The notes under the pieces: generated by a model
The model's database searches: none
What the model saw: the letters and a program-made list of their open reading frames with translations, nothing else
What the model was told of the DNA's origin: nothing
Source of the DNA: an uncultured Solirubrobacterales bacterium
GTDB lineage: Bacteria > Actinomycetota > Thermoleophilia > Solirubrobacterales > Solirubrobacteraceae
Length of the DNA: 64,000 bases
NCBI GenBank assembly: GCA_963794845.1
Contig: CAWCFD010000002.1
Coordinates: 890,960-954,959 of the forward strand
Reading direction: 5' to 3'
Part shown: positions 1 to 8,345 of the stretch, piece by piece
How positions within the stretch are numbered: the stretch's first letter is position 1
Layout: the number at the start of each line of letters is the position of its first letter
Translations under genes and position numbers: made by a program

Positions 1-231
1 GATACGAGCTCGGGTGACGGCGTCTTGGACTTCGCTGATCGCGGTGCGGATGCTCTCGATCTCCTGTAGGTGCTCGTCGGTCAGGGGGAGTACGTCTTCG
101 GTGTCGGATGCCGCGTTGATGCGGGCTTGCAGTTGGGCTAGGTCCAGGCCACGCTCGCGAAGGTCGGCTGCTAGCTGACCGGCGACTTGGGGATCGCGAC
201 GGTCGTCTGCGCTCGGGTCGGTGGCGGTCAT
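1..231 (-). CDS. hypothetical protein, N-terminal part only (runs off left edge; not in ORF track)
   Basis: Minus-strand open frame from ATG at 229-231 (MTATDPSADDRRDPQVAGQLAADLRERGLDLAQLQ...) to the window edge. It is co-oriented and tightly spaced with the next small genes. Confidence 0.35.
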   Translation of the reverse strand, partial: MTATDPSADDRRDPQVAGQLAADLRERGLDLAQLQARINAASDTEDVLPLTDEHLQEIESIRTAISEVQDAVTRARI

Positions 232-244
232 CGAGGCGGTTGGG

Positions 245-511
245 TTAGAAGCTGAGGGAGTGCTCGGCCGCGAGCTTCTCGGCGGTTGATTCCAGGGCGA
301 CGGTCTCGCTCGTGGGCTCGTCGGCGCCGTCGTAGAGGCGAGCCGTCCAGGGACCGCCGGGGCGGTCCTGAGAGATGACGGCGGTGTCGATCCCGAGGTC
401 GGCGCGGGTGTAGATGGTGGTGACTTGCCCGCCGTAGGCGAGGGTCTGGATCGCCAGTGTCCTGTCCATATGGTCCATCTCCGTGGCTCCCGTGGTGGTG
501 TACGTGCTCAT
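245..511 (-). CDS. hypothetical small protein (88 aa)
   Basis: ATG at 509-511 overlaps the stop of the 508..834 gene (ATGA coupling). The Arg-rich N-terminal extension of the 152-aa track ORF overlaps that gene and is rejected. Confidence 0.45.
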   Translation of the reverse strand: MSTYTTTGATEMDHMDRTLAIQTLAYGGQVTTIYTRADLGIDTAVISQDRPGGPWTARLYDGADEPTSETVALESTAEKLAAEHSLSF

Positions 512-834
512 GCGCCTACTCCGAGGACCATCTCCAGGCGACCGACGAGCTGTCGCTGCGCGGAGACTACGCCGCAGAGGCGGTCCAGTTCTGGCCCCTG
601 CCCCTGTAGCTCGCCGAGGTCGTTGACTGACAGGGTCGAGGGGTCGGTCTCGCGCGAGCGAGCGATGCTCGCCCGCAGGCGCTCCATCTTGTCGGCGATC
701 CACTCCGCCTGTGTATCGAGCTTCTCGAGCAGCCGGTCGTAGTCGCGCGAGGCGTCGCGGAGCAGGTCGGCCAGCCGGTCGGCGTCGGGGTTGATCGCGG
801 CGGCGAGCTCGGCGTGTGTAAGGGTCGCTGTCAT
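508..834 (-). CDS. hypothetical coiled-coil-like protein (108 aa)
   Basis: AAGGAG lies 6 nt upstream of ATG 832-834 (MTATLTHAELAAA...). The longer 121-aa start lacks an RBS. Confidence 0.5.
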   Translation of the reverse strand: MTATLTHAELAAAINPDADRLADLLRDASRDYDRLLEKLDTQAEWIADKMERLRASIARSRETDPSTLSVNDLGELQGQGPELDRLCGVVSAQRQLVGRLEMVLGVGA

Positions 835-891
835 TGTCGGCTCCTTCGTTGTTCGGGGGTGGTTCGTGCTCATGCCCCCATTATGCCTAGC

Positions 892-940
892 GCACTAGAT
901 GAAGTCAAGAGCACTAGACTAATCTTTAGCAAGTCTTTAG
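892..940. promoter_or_regulatory. AT-rich intergenic region with two pairs of short direct repeats (GCACTAGA x2, TCTTTAG x2)
   Basis: GCACTAGA at 892-899 and 911-918, TCTTTAG at 923-929 and 934-940. This is the only low-GC stretch between two minus-strand gene blocks, so it is a likely promoter/operator for the 834->1 genes. Confidence 0.3.
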
Positions 941-974
941 GCGGGGGTTGGCCGGGTGGCACGGGCCAACGCGC

Positions 975-1760
975 CTAGCGAGCCCAGATCGGCTGTGGCA
1001 CGGTGGTCACTCGGACTGCCTGTAGGGTCGCCGGGTCAAGGATGATCTCGTGCTCGCCACGGCCGTTGGTGTAGGCGAGCAGCTGCGACTTCGGAAGCCT
1101 GGTGGTCGCTAGGTAGCCTCGCCGGTCGGGGCTGGTGAGCGCGGCGCGATTGGCGAACCACTCGGCTCTTGATCGGCTCAGTGACCAGCTCGGCGCGCGG
1201 TAGCTCCCCGGTCGCGCGAAGCCTCGGTAGATCATGACCTCCTCGCCCAGCTCGGCGAGCGTCGCGCGGTCCGCGTTGTCCATCAGCCATCTCGCGCGGC
1301 CGGGCCGGTGAGCGGTGAGCGCTCCCAGCCACTGCTCCTGATCGTCGTGGAGGTTCTCGGTCCCAATCCAGATGCTGCCGAGCGCCTCCCAATACTCCTG
1401 GTCGCTCAGCCGCTCGCGGATGGAGAGGAATGCGCCGAGCCGGTAGGGCTTCTCGTGCAGCCATACGATCTTGTGCCAGTTGCGCTCCGCTTCGGCACGA
1501 CGGATTCCCTGCGTCTTTGTGCGGTACATCTCATTGGCGAGGTGTGCCATCGCGGGGAGGTAGGGCACCATGAACACGAGCGGCGCCTTCAGCACTTCTC
1601 CGAGCACCTCGATCTCGGCCAGGTACGGCACCAAGTCGGGATGAAGCTCGACCTCGTCGGCTCCGGCTTGCATCGTCGCTGCGCTCGTTTCGCTCTGGGC
1701 CATCGGCACACACATGTAGCTCGATCCGCCAGCGAGTTCAAGCCCTTTCGCCGGCGACAC
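975..1760 (-). CDS. ADP-ribosyltransferase-like (R-S-ExE) domain protein
   Basis: The C-terminal ~90 aa carry, in order, MIYRG ... SWSLSRSRAEWFA ... GRGEHEIILDP (Arg / S-x-S / E-x-E as in exotoxin-type mono-ARTs). The N-terminal half is unassigned and the start codon is uncertain. Confidence 0.5.
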   Translation of the reverse strand: MSPAKGLELAGGSSYMCVPMAQSETSAATMQAGADEVELHPDLVPYLAEIEVLGEVLKAPLVFMVPYLPAMAHLANEMYRTKTQGIRRAEAERNWHKIVWLHEKPYRLGAFLSIRERLSDQEYWEALGSIWIGTENLHDDQEQWLGALTAHRPGRARWLMDNADRATLAELGEEVMIYRGFARPGSYRAPSWSLSRSRAEWFANRAALTSPDRRGYLATTRLPKSQLLAYTNGRGEHEIILDPATLQAVRVTTVPQPIWAR

Positions 1761-1890
1761 GAACTGGCCCGCTGGTCAGACTGGCGTGGTGGAAAGCGGT
1801 TTCGTCGCTTTCATGGACGTTTATCGGGCCCCAGGCGATCATCAAAGTCCTGCTCCCCATCTGCGCACGGCACGCGCCATCGTCCCCGAG

Positions 1891-2640
1891 TCAGGGGTGG
1901 CTGAGGAGATCGGTTCGGGTAATGATGCCGCGCTTGATCGCCTCCTCGACCAAGCGCTCGCGGCGCCTCGCGGGGGGCTGGAGTTTCTCGTGCAAGTCCT
2001 TGAGTTCCGTGTTGACTAGGGCGACCGGGATCGAGAGCGCAGTGGCTATCTCAGCGGTGCTAGCCGGGCGAGCAGATGGATCTGGCCCGGCGAGTGGCCT
2101 GGCGAGGGAGACGAGGATCTCGCGCTGAAGGCGTGTCAGCTCGGGGGGTCGCGGTCTTGGTGGCCGGTCGGGTGTGGGCGGTAGCGGCGGGAGTTCTCGT
2201 CGTATCGCCTCAAGCGCCGCGTGCGCATTGTCGAGTGCGATCAGCTCGATTCCACGCCTGCTAAGCGCGCGACGCGTGTAGGGGGCTTGCTGACGGATTT
2301 TGGACTCGGCAGCTTCCGCGTAGGGCGGCAGTTTCAGGACGGGCCGCCACTCGGGGAGGCGTAGGCCCTGCGCGTGCCATCTAATCTCGAGCATCCTGCC
2401 CTGTTCGGTAAATGCGTCCTCGGGTAGCCACTCGAACACCTCGAACTTGCTGCTGCCATCAAAGAATCTCACGGCGATCCCCGCGCAGACAAGCTCCAGT
2501 GCGTTCGTAACGGAGGTTCCTTTGTTGTCCTTGAGTTCGCCAAGGACGACGCCTTCACGGGCGACGAAGAGATGGCAGTAGCTCGGGCGTCCGGAAAAGC
2601 CGCCGAACCGGAGGAGATACTCGTTCGGGTCTTCAGGCAT
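1891..2640 (-). CDS. hypothetical protein with Pro-rich linker and C-terminal HTH-like segment
   Basis: 249-aa ORF that overlaps the end of 2633..3235 by 8 nt (operon). It has PPLPPTPDRPPRPRPP, then STAEIATALSIPVALVNTELKDLHEKL. Confidence 0.5.
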   Translation of the reverse strand: MPEDPNEYLLRFGGFSGRPSYCHLFVAREGVVLGELKDNKGTSVTNALELVCAGIAVRFFDGSSKFEVFEWLPEDAFTEQGRMLEIRWHAQGLRLPEWRPVLKLPPYAEAAESKIRQQAPYTRRALSRRGIELIALDNAHAALEAIRRELPPLPPTPDRPPRPRPPELTRLQREILVSLARPLAGPDPSARPASTAEIATALSIPVALVNTELKDLHEKLQPPARRRERLVEEAIKRGIITRTDLLSHP

Positions 2641-3235
2641 CCGTGTACTCGTCGGCGCGTCGGCGCGGTTGTAGGTTCTTGAGATCGTCTAGCTGCTCCT
2701 TGGTCTCTAGGCGAAGACCGCCGAGTCGCAACGTTACGTGTATCGCCGGGAGCACCCGGCTATCGAGATCTGCCTTTGCATCGGTGCTCGATGGGCCTGC
2801 GTAGTGGGAGACCTTGGAGCCAGGGAGGCACTCGAGCCGGTGAGCCGACTGGCAGACCTCGTGGAGCCGGGTCTCGAGGTAGCCGCTCTCTGCGCTGTCG
2901 AACCCACGGCTGGGCCGGCGGACGAGGATCACTTGTCGCCACCAGTTCTCCTTGGCGGGTAGATGCTCGTCCACGCGCTCGAGCAAAGGCCGCGTCTGAG
3001 TCGTGCCTGGCCGCACGCACGCATCGCAGCCGGGGCTGTTGCTGGGACCACTGAGGACGTAGACACCCCCTACGCTCCAGAGTTCGGCCGGCAGGTCTTG
3101 CTTGCTCGCATAGGTCTCGCGGGTGCAGATCGCTGTCTCGATCTCAACTCCCTCGAACCGCACGAAAACCGGGTGCGTAGCGTCGGGCGGGAATCGAACG
3201 ATCGCCAGCGGAGGGCCGTCGCCTTGGGACCACAC
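2633..3235 (-). CDS. GIY-YIG-like nuclease domain protein
   Basis: Ordered pattern GVYVLSG ... VRPGTT ... ERVDEH ... WWRQVILV ... SGYLETRLHE resembles the GIY / YIG / R / E core of GIY-YIG (DUF4357-type) proteins. Confidence 0.4.
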   Translation of the reverse strand: MWSQGDGPPLAIVRFPPDATHPVFVRFEGVEIETAICTRETYASKQDLPAELWSVGGVYVLSGPSNSPGCDACVRPGTTQTRPLLERVDEHLPAKENWWRQVILVRRPSRGFDSAESGYLETRLHEVCQSAHRLECLPGSKVSHYAGPSSTDAKADLDSRVLPAIHVTLRLGGLRLETKEQLDDLKNLQPRRRADEYTDA

Positions 3236-3479
3236 CCACGCGACTCTAGCCCCCTCAGAAGCAGCTCGGATGGCTCGTAGATATCGAACGGCTGGCTATC
3301 GCCCGACGGACTGCCGTGCGCAGAGTCTCGGCAGCTGCCCTGGCACGTGGTCTGCGCATCGACACTCACGCTAGAACCAAGCAGAGCTGCGCGCGGCCGA
3401 CGAAGCGCTGCTGCTGATTTCCGAATTTGCCAGGCGCCCACAACGCCAACTGGGCCGGGGCGCGAGGGACGACCACCGC

Positions 3480-4535
3480 ATGGGAGCGGATCAGAAAGCT
3501 GCACGCAGAACGCTTCCTAACAGGCGAGTAGGCTCGTCGCTCGTGGAGCAGAGCCCGAAGAAGATACACGTCGTGACCCGCACCTACCTGACGGGCTGGA
3601 CCCTTAACGGATTGCTGCGGCCGGTCAGCGTGCGCTACGGCCCGCAGAAGCTCAAGACGCCTGCCGCGGTGGCATGGGAGCACGAATGGTGGGGGGCGGG
3701 AGCCCCGGCCCTCAACGAGGCGTGCGAGGAGGCGTGCGCCAAGCTTGAGAACTTGCTGCCGGACACGCTCGCTGCCGTCGAGGCTGACTGGCCACTCGAC
3801 ACGCCGACGACGGCCGTCGTCGCTGAACTCATGGCTCTGCATGTCCTTCGCACGCGGGCGTTCCAACAGTGGTTCACTCCTGTTCGGGATGCGTCGCTCG
3901 CCGAGTATCGTGATCGCTTCCCCGACGAGCAGTCATTTGAGCGATGGAAGCGAGACATGCAGACTGATCGGCGGCGCGCAGAACGTTTGCTCAGTGCGAT
4001 GAACAAGCTGAGCACGGTCCTCGGGTCCATGCATTGGTCTCTACTGCGCTTTGACGAGCCGCTGCTGATAACCGGAGATCAGCCGGTCTGCCCGGTGTCT
4101 CTTCCCACGACGGCGCCGGTGCAGCCGATCTCGGCGATGCCGGGCGCCGGCTGGCTCGATACATACGAGGTTAGGTTTCCATTGACCCCGCGCCTCGCGC
4201 TCCTTGCGACGTGGTACATGGGAACAGAGACCGAGCCGATTGCAGGCACCCGGGAGCACGCTGCGAACCTGAACGCGAGCGTTGCTCGCCAAGCATCCGA
4301 GCAGTGGTTCCAAACTCCGGCGTGCGAGCCAGCCTGGCCGGCTGAGACGGAGGGACCGTCACTCCTACTCCCGCTCGCTGCCGACATCCTTCCGGGTTAT
4401 TCCACGGGAAGCGCGGTTGCGTCCCCGCTTCGCAGCCGAACGAGGAAACACGCCGAAGACTTGATCGAGCTACAGGACCACAAGACGGTGATGCTGACCA
4501 GACCAGAAGCTCTATCGCCGTCGGGCGCCGGCTGA
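3480..4535 (+). CDS. DUF4238-like protein
   Basis: HVVTRTYLTGW lies near the N-terminus, followed by LHVLRTRAFQQWF and WSLLRFDEPLLITGDQPV, matching the DUF4238 pattern as I remember it. The true start may be internal. Confidence 0.55.
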   Translation: MGADQKAARRTLPNRRVGSSLVEQSPKKIHVVTRTYLTGWTLNGLLRPVSVRYGPQKLKTPAAVAWEHEWWGAGAPALNEACEEACAKLENLLPDTLAAVEADWPLDTPTTAVVAELMALHVLRTRAFQQWFTPVRDASLAEYRDRFPDEQSFERWKRDMQTDRRRAERLLSAMNKLSTVLGSMHWSLLRFDEPLLITGDQPVCPVSLPTTAPVQPISAMPGAGWLDTYEVRFPLTPRLALLATWYMGTETEPIAGTREHAANLNASVARQASEQWFQTPACEPAWPAETEGPSLLLPLAADILPGYSTGSAVASPLRSRTRKHAEDLIELQDHKTVMLTRPEALSPSGAG

Positions 4536-4728
4536 ACGGGTGGGCTAGCGGAGAGGCTGTCAAGGATCGCACGAGCGCGTGCGTCGATCGGAAGGTCGGG
4601 CATCATCTGCGACGCCCGAACGCATGCTCGGTTGCCCCGCTCTCGGCGAGCATATTGCTAGAGCTATGATCGGTCGGCGCGGGTGCAGAGACTCGACGCG
4701 GGTCCAATCCTGCGCCTAGCATGGCCTG

Positions 4729-5080
4729 GTGAGCGAGCAGGCAACACTGGCGGCTGCCGGACCACTCAGTGGTTCGGGCAACGAGCAGGGAACCGAGCTT
4801 CGCGCGCGTGTCGGTGCGTGGGTGGGGAGTGCCATCATCGCCGAGCGACCGCTCGACGAGGTCGGGCTGCCGGTAATCGGTGCCGTTGGAGTGGCGGTCG
4901 CTGCCGAGGGTGACGACGCAGTCGATGATCTCGTGGTTCCTCTGCACGACGGCGGGCGTGTGTTCATCCAGAGCAAGCTTCGCGCAGGACTGGCCCAACG
5001 AGAAGGCACTCCTTTCGCGAAGGGCGGTCGCCCAGTTCGCGAGCACGGTGTGTGCAGGCGTCCATGACGACGATCGACTG
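4729..5080 (+). pseudogene. decayed paralog of the N-terminal (nuclease-like) domain of the 979-aa NTPase
   Basis: GTELRARVGAWVGSAIIAE..DDAVDDLVV..GGRVFIQSK aligns with GSEFQARVAAFFGVAMLSE..FAAVDDVRL..GRVDLQAK of 5406..8345. The continuation (AVAQFASTV ~ ALGQFVNAF) appears only after a frame change, and no NTPase part follows. Confidence 0.45.
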
Positions 5081-5089
5081 GTGGGTCCT

Positions 5090-5330
5090 GGCGGTTATGT
5101 TGCAGGTGGCGCAAACCCAGCGCGCTTGACGGTCATATGCCCGACCCTTCCACTCGCGTATCTCGCGCACCTCTCCTTCACGGTCAGAGAGATTGACAAT
5201 TGAACGCTGCTCGGAATCAGCGAACCGACCAGCCCAGCTGCCGACTACGTGCTCTTTGGTGAGCGGTGTTCGCCCGCAGAAGATGCACGTGCGAGGTGTC
5301 TGGCTGAGGCCAGCCTAGCGGCATTGCCGG
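5090..5330 (-). pseudogene. HNH/zinc-finger nuclease-like N-terminal remnant
   Basis: Start-less minus frame TCIFCGRTPLTKEHVVGSW ... ARWVCATCN (CxxC..EH..CxxC). Similarity is lost after the second Cys pair. Confidence 0.3.
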
Positions 5331-5405
5331 AGACGGTGCTCGGCTCAGAACGAGGAGCCCAGTGCAGAAAAGCGAAAATGGATCGCAGCCCGGCAGGCAG
5401 AGGAA

Positions 5406-8345
5406 GTGAGTAAGAATCATTCGGTCATGGGCACTTCTGGAAGACTTCGCTCAAGTGCGTCCAAAATGGGCGCCTCGGGTGGCGCCGCGGCATCGGCGGG
5501 CTCAGAGTTCCAGGCGCGTGTGGCCGCGTTCTTCGGGGTGGCGATGCTGTCCGAGCAGCTTGCCGTTGCCCGGTTTGATCTGCAGGAGGGGGTGCGCGTC
5601 GAGGCAGTGCGCTGCGAGCAGTTCGCCGCGGTCGACGATGTGCGCTTGGCGACCTCTGAGGCGGGCCGTGTCGACTTGCAGGCGAAGAACCGAGTGACTG
5701 CGAGTAAAGGCGAGCGGTCGCCTCTTGCAGGCGCGCTGGGACAGTTCGTCAACGCATTCCTCGACGCGCGTGATGGGGTCGACCCGCGCGGCGCATTGAG
5801 CAAACAGCGCGACCGTCTCGTGCTTGCGTGTGGACCCACCAGCTCGGCTTCGGTGCGCCGAGCGCTGCCGGCTCTGCTCGAACGCCTGCGCGAGGACCCA
5901 CCGGCGAGCCCCGATGAACTGACGTTGAGGAACAAGGACGAGCGGACGATCTGGCCGCTCTTGCTGATGCACCTGCGGCGTGTGTTCGCGGCGCGCACGG
6001 ACTCAGACCCGACGCCGGCGGAGCTGACCGAGCTGCTGTCGCTCATTCGGGTTCGTGAGTTCGAGTTCGACGGTGCCGGGCGGGACACCGAGGCGGCGAA
6101 GACGGCGCTCGCCTCGACCGTGCTCGCTGAGCCTGCGCAGGCCGAGCTTGCGTGGCAGCAAGTGGTGGCGTTGATGCTAAACGCAGCCTCCGGGCAGCGG
6201 GGCCTACGCCGCGAGGCGCTTGCGCAGAGGCTTGCTGGTGCTGGAGTGCAGATGCTGGCAGCCCCCAGCTTCCGAACCGACGTCGAGCGCTTGCGCAGCG
6301 AGACCGAGCGCAGCCGGGCGGTGCTACGTCGCTTCGGCGCGATCGAGCTGTCCTCGGGGGCGGTGAAGATCACCCGCTCCGTCGCGGCGGCCGCGCGCGC
6401 CCGCGCAGACGAGGCTCCGTGTCTGGTGATCTCGGTGCCCGGCGGCGGCAAGAGCGGCGTCGTCAGCGACGTGGTCGAGGCGCTGCTTGGTGACGCCCAA
6501 GACGTCGTTGCCCTGGCTGCTGACAGTTACAAGGTGGCTGACGAAGCTGAGCTTGCCGAGCGGCTGGGCCTGGAGCACCGCTTGGCCGATGTGCTCGCGG
6601 CCTGGCCGGGGGAGCGTAAGGGCGTGCTAGTGATCGACGGGTTGGACGCTGCGCGCGGAGGCGATGGGCTCGCGGTGTTCACGTCGCTCATCGAGACCGT
6701 TGCCGCGCGCGACGGACGCTGGACGGTGCTCGCGTCGATCCGCAGCTTCGACCTCCGCTACAACCCTCGCTTGCAGGAAGCATTCAGGCAGGGCGCGGGC
6801 GCGCTAGAGCTGGTGGACTCCGAGTTCGCCGGCACCCGGCACCTACTCGTGCCGGAGCTAGATGCGGAGGAGATCAGCCAGGCCGCCGCGCGAATCCCGC
6901 GGCTGGCTGAGCTGCTCGACGGAGCGCCGGAGGATCTGCGTCAGCTGGCGCGAAATCCGTTCAACCTGGCCAGGCTCGCCGAGCTGCTGGAGGCGGGTGC
7001 TGCTAGCGACGAGCTACGCCCGCTGCGCACGCGCCTTGAGCTATTGGAGGTCTACTGGAAGCATCGCGTGCTGTCACCGGCTGACGGCGCCGACAACCGT
7101 GTGCGGCTGGCACGAACGCTGTGCGATACAGCGACCCGAGCGCCTGCCCTGTTCGCTGTGCGTGCCGATGTGGCCACCGGCGAAGAAAACGATGCAGCGA
7201 TCCGCGACCTGCTCGGCTCGGGTGTGCTGGTCGAGGCCCAGAGCCAGACGGGTGCGGACACCCTTGCGTTCTCCCACCATGTCCTGTTCGATTATGCGGT
7301 CGCACGGCTGATGCTCCGCGTCGACCGGCTTCAACTGGCAGAGCTTGTCCGCGCGCGTCCTGAGCTTGCGCTGGTGGCAAGACCGAGCTTCACACTGCAC
7401 TTCCAGTACCTGTGGGAGCAACAGCGCGAGATGTTCTGGACGCTCACGCTTGAGCTGTCGGGAGACGCGTCGCTGCCATTGCTCGGAAGGATCGTGGCGC
7501 CAGCCGTCGCCGCCGATGCGGCGTCTGCCGATGATCTCGATCCGTTGATCGGTGCTCTCAGCTCCGGTGGCGAACGCCGGGAGCACGCACTGGCCGCGCT
7601 CGTGCATGTGGTCGGTGCGGCGCTCGCCGGCGGCAGCGACGGCCGCCCGCTGCAAAAAGCCAGCGTCCAGGTTTGGGCGAGCTTCGCCGACCGGCTAAGC
7701 GAGCATCTCGACGATCACATCGCCACGCAACTCCGGATACTGACCTGGGGGCTGATCGCGGAGCGCGAGCGACTAGGGGATGACGAGCTGGCGGCGGTGG
7801 GGCGAGTCGGCAGGCGCCTGCTGCGGCGAGCGCTCGACAACGAGCCCTATCGGTTCGACCTCGTCTACGTGGGCCTCGACGCGGTCGCTGCAACCTACGC
7901 GACAGACCCGCAGGGGTCTCGGGATCTACTCGGCCGGTTCGTCGCGCCGGAGAGGATGGCGAGGCTGGGCTGGCAGGAGCTTAGCTGGGTGATGGACGCG
8001 CTGTTCACCCTCCGGCGGGAGGAGCCGGAGCTTGTCGCGCAGCTGTATGCAAGTGCGTTCGCCGCGCCGGAACCCGACGGAACCGCAGTGCCGATGGGCG
8101 GCCCGGTGACGACGCTGATCTCCAACCGAGGCCAGGATTTCAGAGTCGCGCTTACGAACCTGGCCGAACGTTTCCCCGCGTTCTTGAAAGATGCTCCCGA
8201 GGCTGCGGTGGACGCGTTGATCGAGGTGTGCCGCGCCACCGGCGAGCAACGGTCCCTCGTCGCCGAAGCCCCTGAACGTGAGCTGCGCTGGCAAGGGCAG
8301 ACCGGCACGGTGATCGACGCCTTCAGTGTCGGGTTGGAACTGTGA
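5406..8345 (+). CDS. nuclease-like N-domain + NACHT/STAND-like P-loop NTPase + helical C-region (979 aa)
   Basis: N-terminal E..DD..QxK pattern (EQFAAVDDVRL..GRVDLQAKN), Walker A VPGGGKSGV, Walker B VLVIDGLDAARG, and a long Leu/Ala-rich helical C-terminus. A GTG/ATG start cluster lies at 5406-5470. Confidence 0.75.
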   Translation: MSKNHSVMGTSGRLRSSASKMGASGGAAASAGSEFQARVAAFFGVAMLSEQLAVARFDLQEGVRVEAVRCEQFAAVDDVRLATSEAGRVDLQAKNRVTASKGERSPLAGALGQFVNAFLDARDGVDPRGALSKQRDRLVLACGPTSSASVRRALPALLERLREDPPASPDELTLRNKDERTIWPLLLMHLRRVFAARTDSDPTPAELTELLSLIRVREFEFDGAGRDTEAAKTALASTVLAEPAQAELAWQQVVALMLNAASGQRGLRREALAQRLAGAGVQMLAAPSFRTDVERLRSETERSRAVLRRFGAIELSSGAVKITRSVAAAARARADEAPCLVISVPGGGKSGVVSDVVEALLGDAQDVVALAADSYKVADEAELAERLGLEHRLADVLAAWPGERKGVLVIDGLDAARGGDGLAVFTSLIETVAARDGRWTVLASIRSFDLRYNPRLQEAFRQGAGALELVDSEFAGTRHLLVPELDAEEISQAAARIPRLAELLDGAPEDLRQLARNPFNLARLAELLEAGAASDELRPLRTRLELLEVYWKHRVLSPADGADNRVRLARTLCDTATRAPALFAVRADVATGEENDAAIRDLLGSGVLVEAQSQTGADTLAFSHHVLFDYAVARLMLRVDRLQLAELVRARPELALVARPSFTLHFQYLWEQQREMFWTLTLELSGDASLPLLGRIVAPAVAADAASADDLDPLIGALSSGGERREHALAALVHVVGAALAGGSDGRPLQKASVQVWASFADRLSEHLDDHIATQLRILTWGLIAERERLGDDELAAVGRVGRRLLRRALDNEPYRFDLVYVGLDAVAATYATDPQGSRDLLGRFVAPERMARLGWQELSWVMDALFTLRREEPELVAQLYASAFAAPEPDGTAVPMGGPVTTLISNRGQDFRVALTNLAERFPAFLKDAPEAAVDALIEVCRATGEQRSLVAEAPERELRWQGQTGTVIDAFSVGLEL

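Noticed and set aside
245-703. Full-length 152-aa version of the first small ORF
   Set aside because: Its N-terminal 64 codons are Arg/Pro-rich and overlap 508..834, which has a strong AAGGAG RBS. The ATGA junction at 508-511 gives a cleaner two-gene model.
5417-6451. 344-aa minus-strand ORF, and similar long antisense or alternate-frame ORFs (e.g. 8447..9691, 17408..18793, 19553..20689, 25883..27301, 27692..28918, 36186..36977, 45527..46708, 53144..54439, 56354..58231, 59277..60653)
   Set aside because: All overlap genes with recognisable motifs on the other strand or frame and have Arg/Ala/Pro/Gly-dominated products. These are typical stop-poor shadow frames of high-GC DNA.
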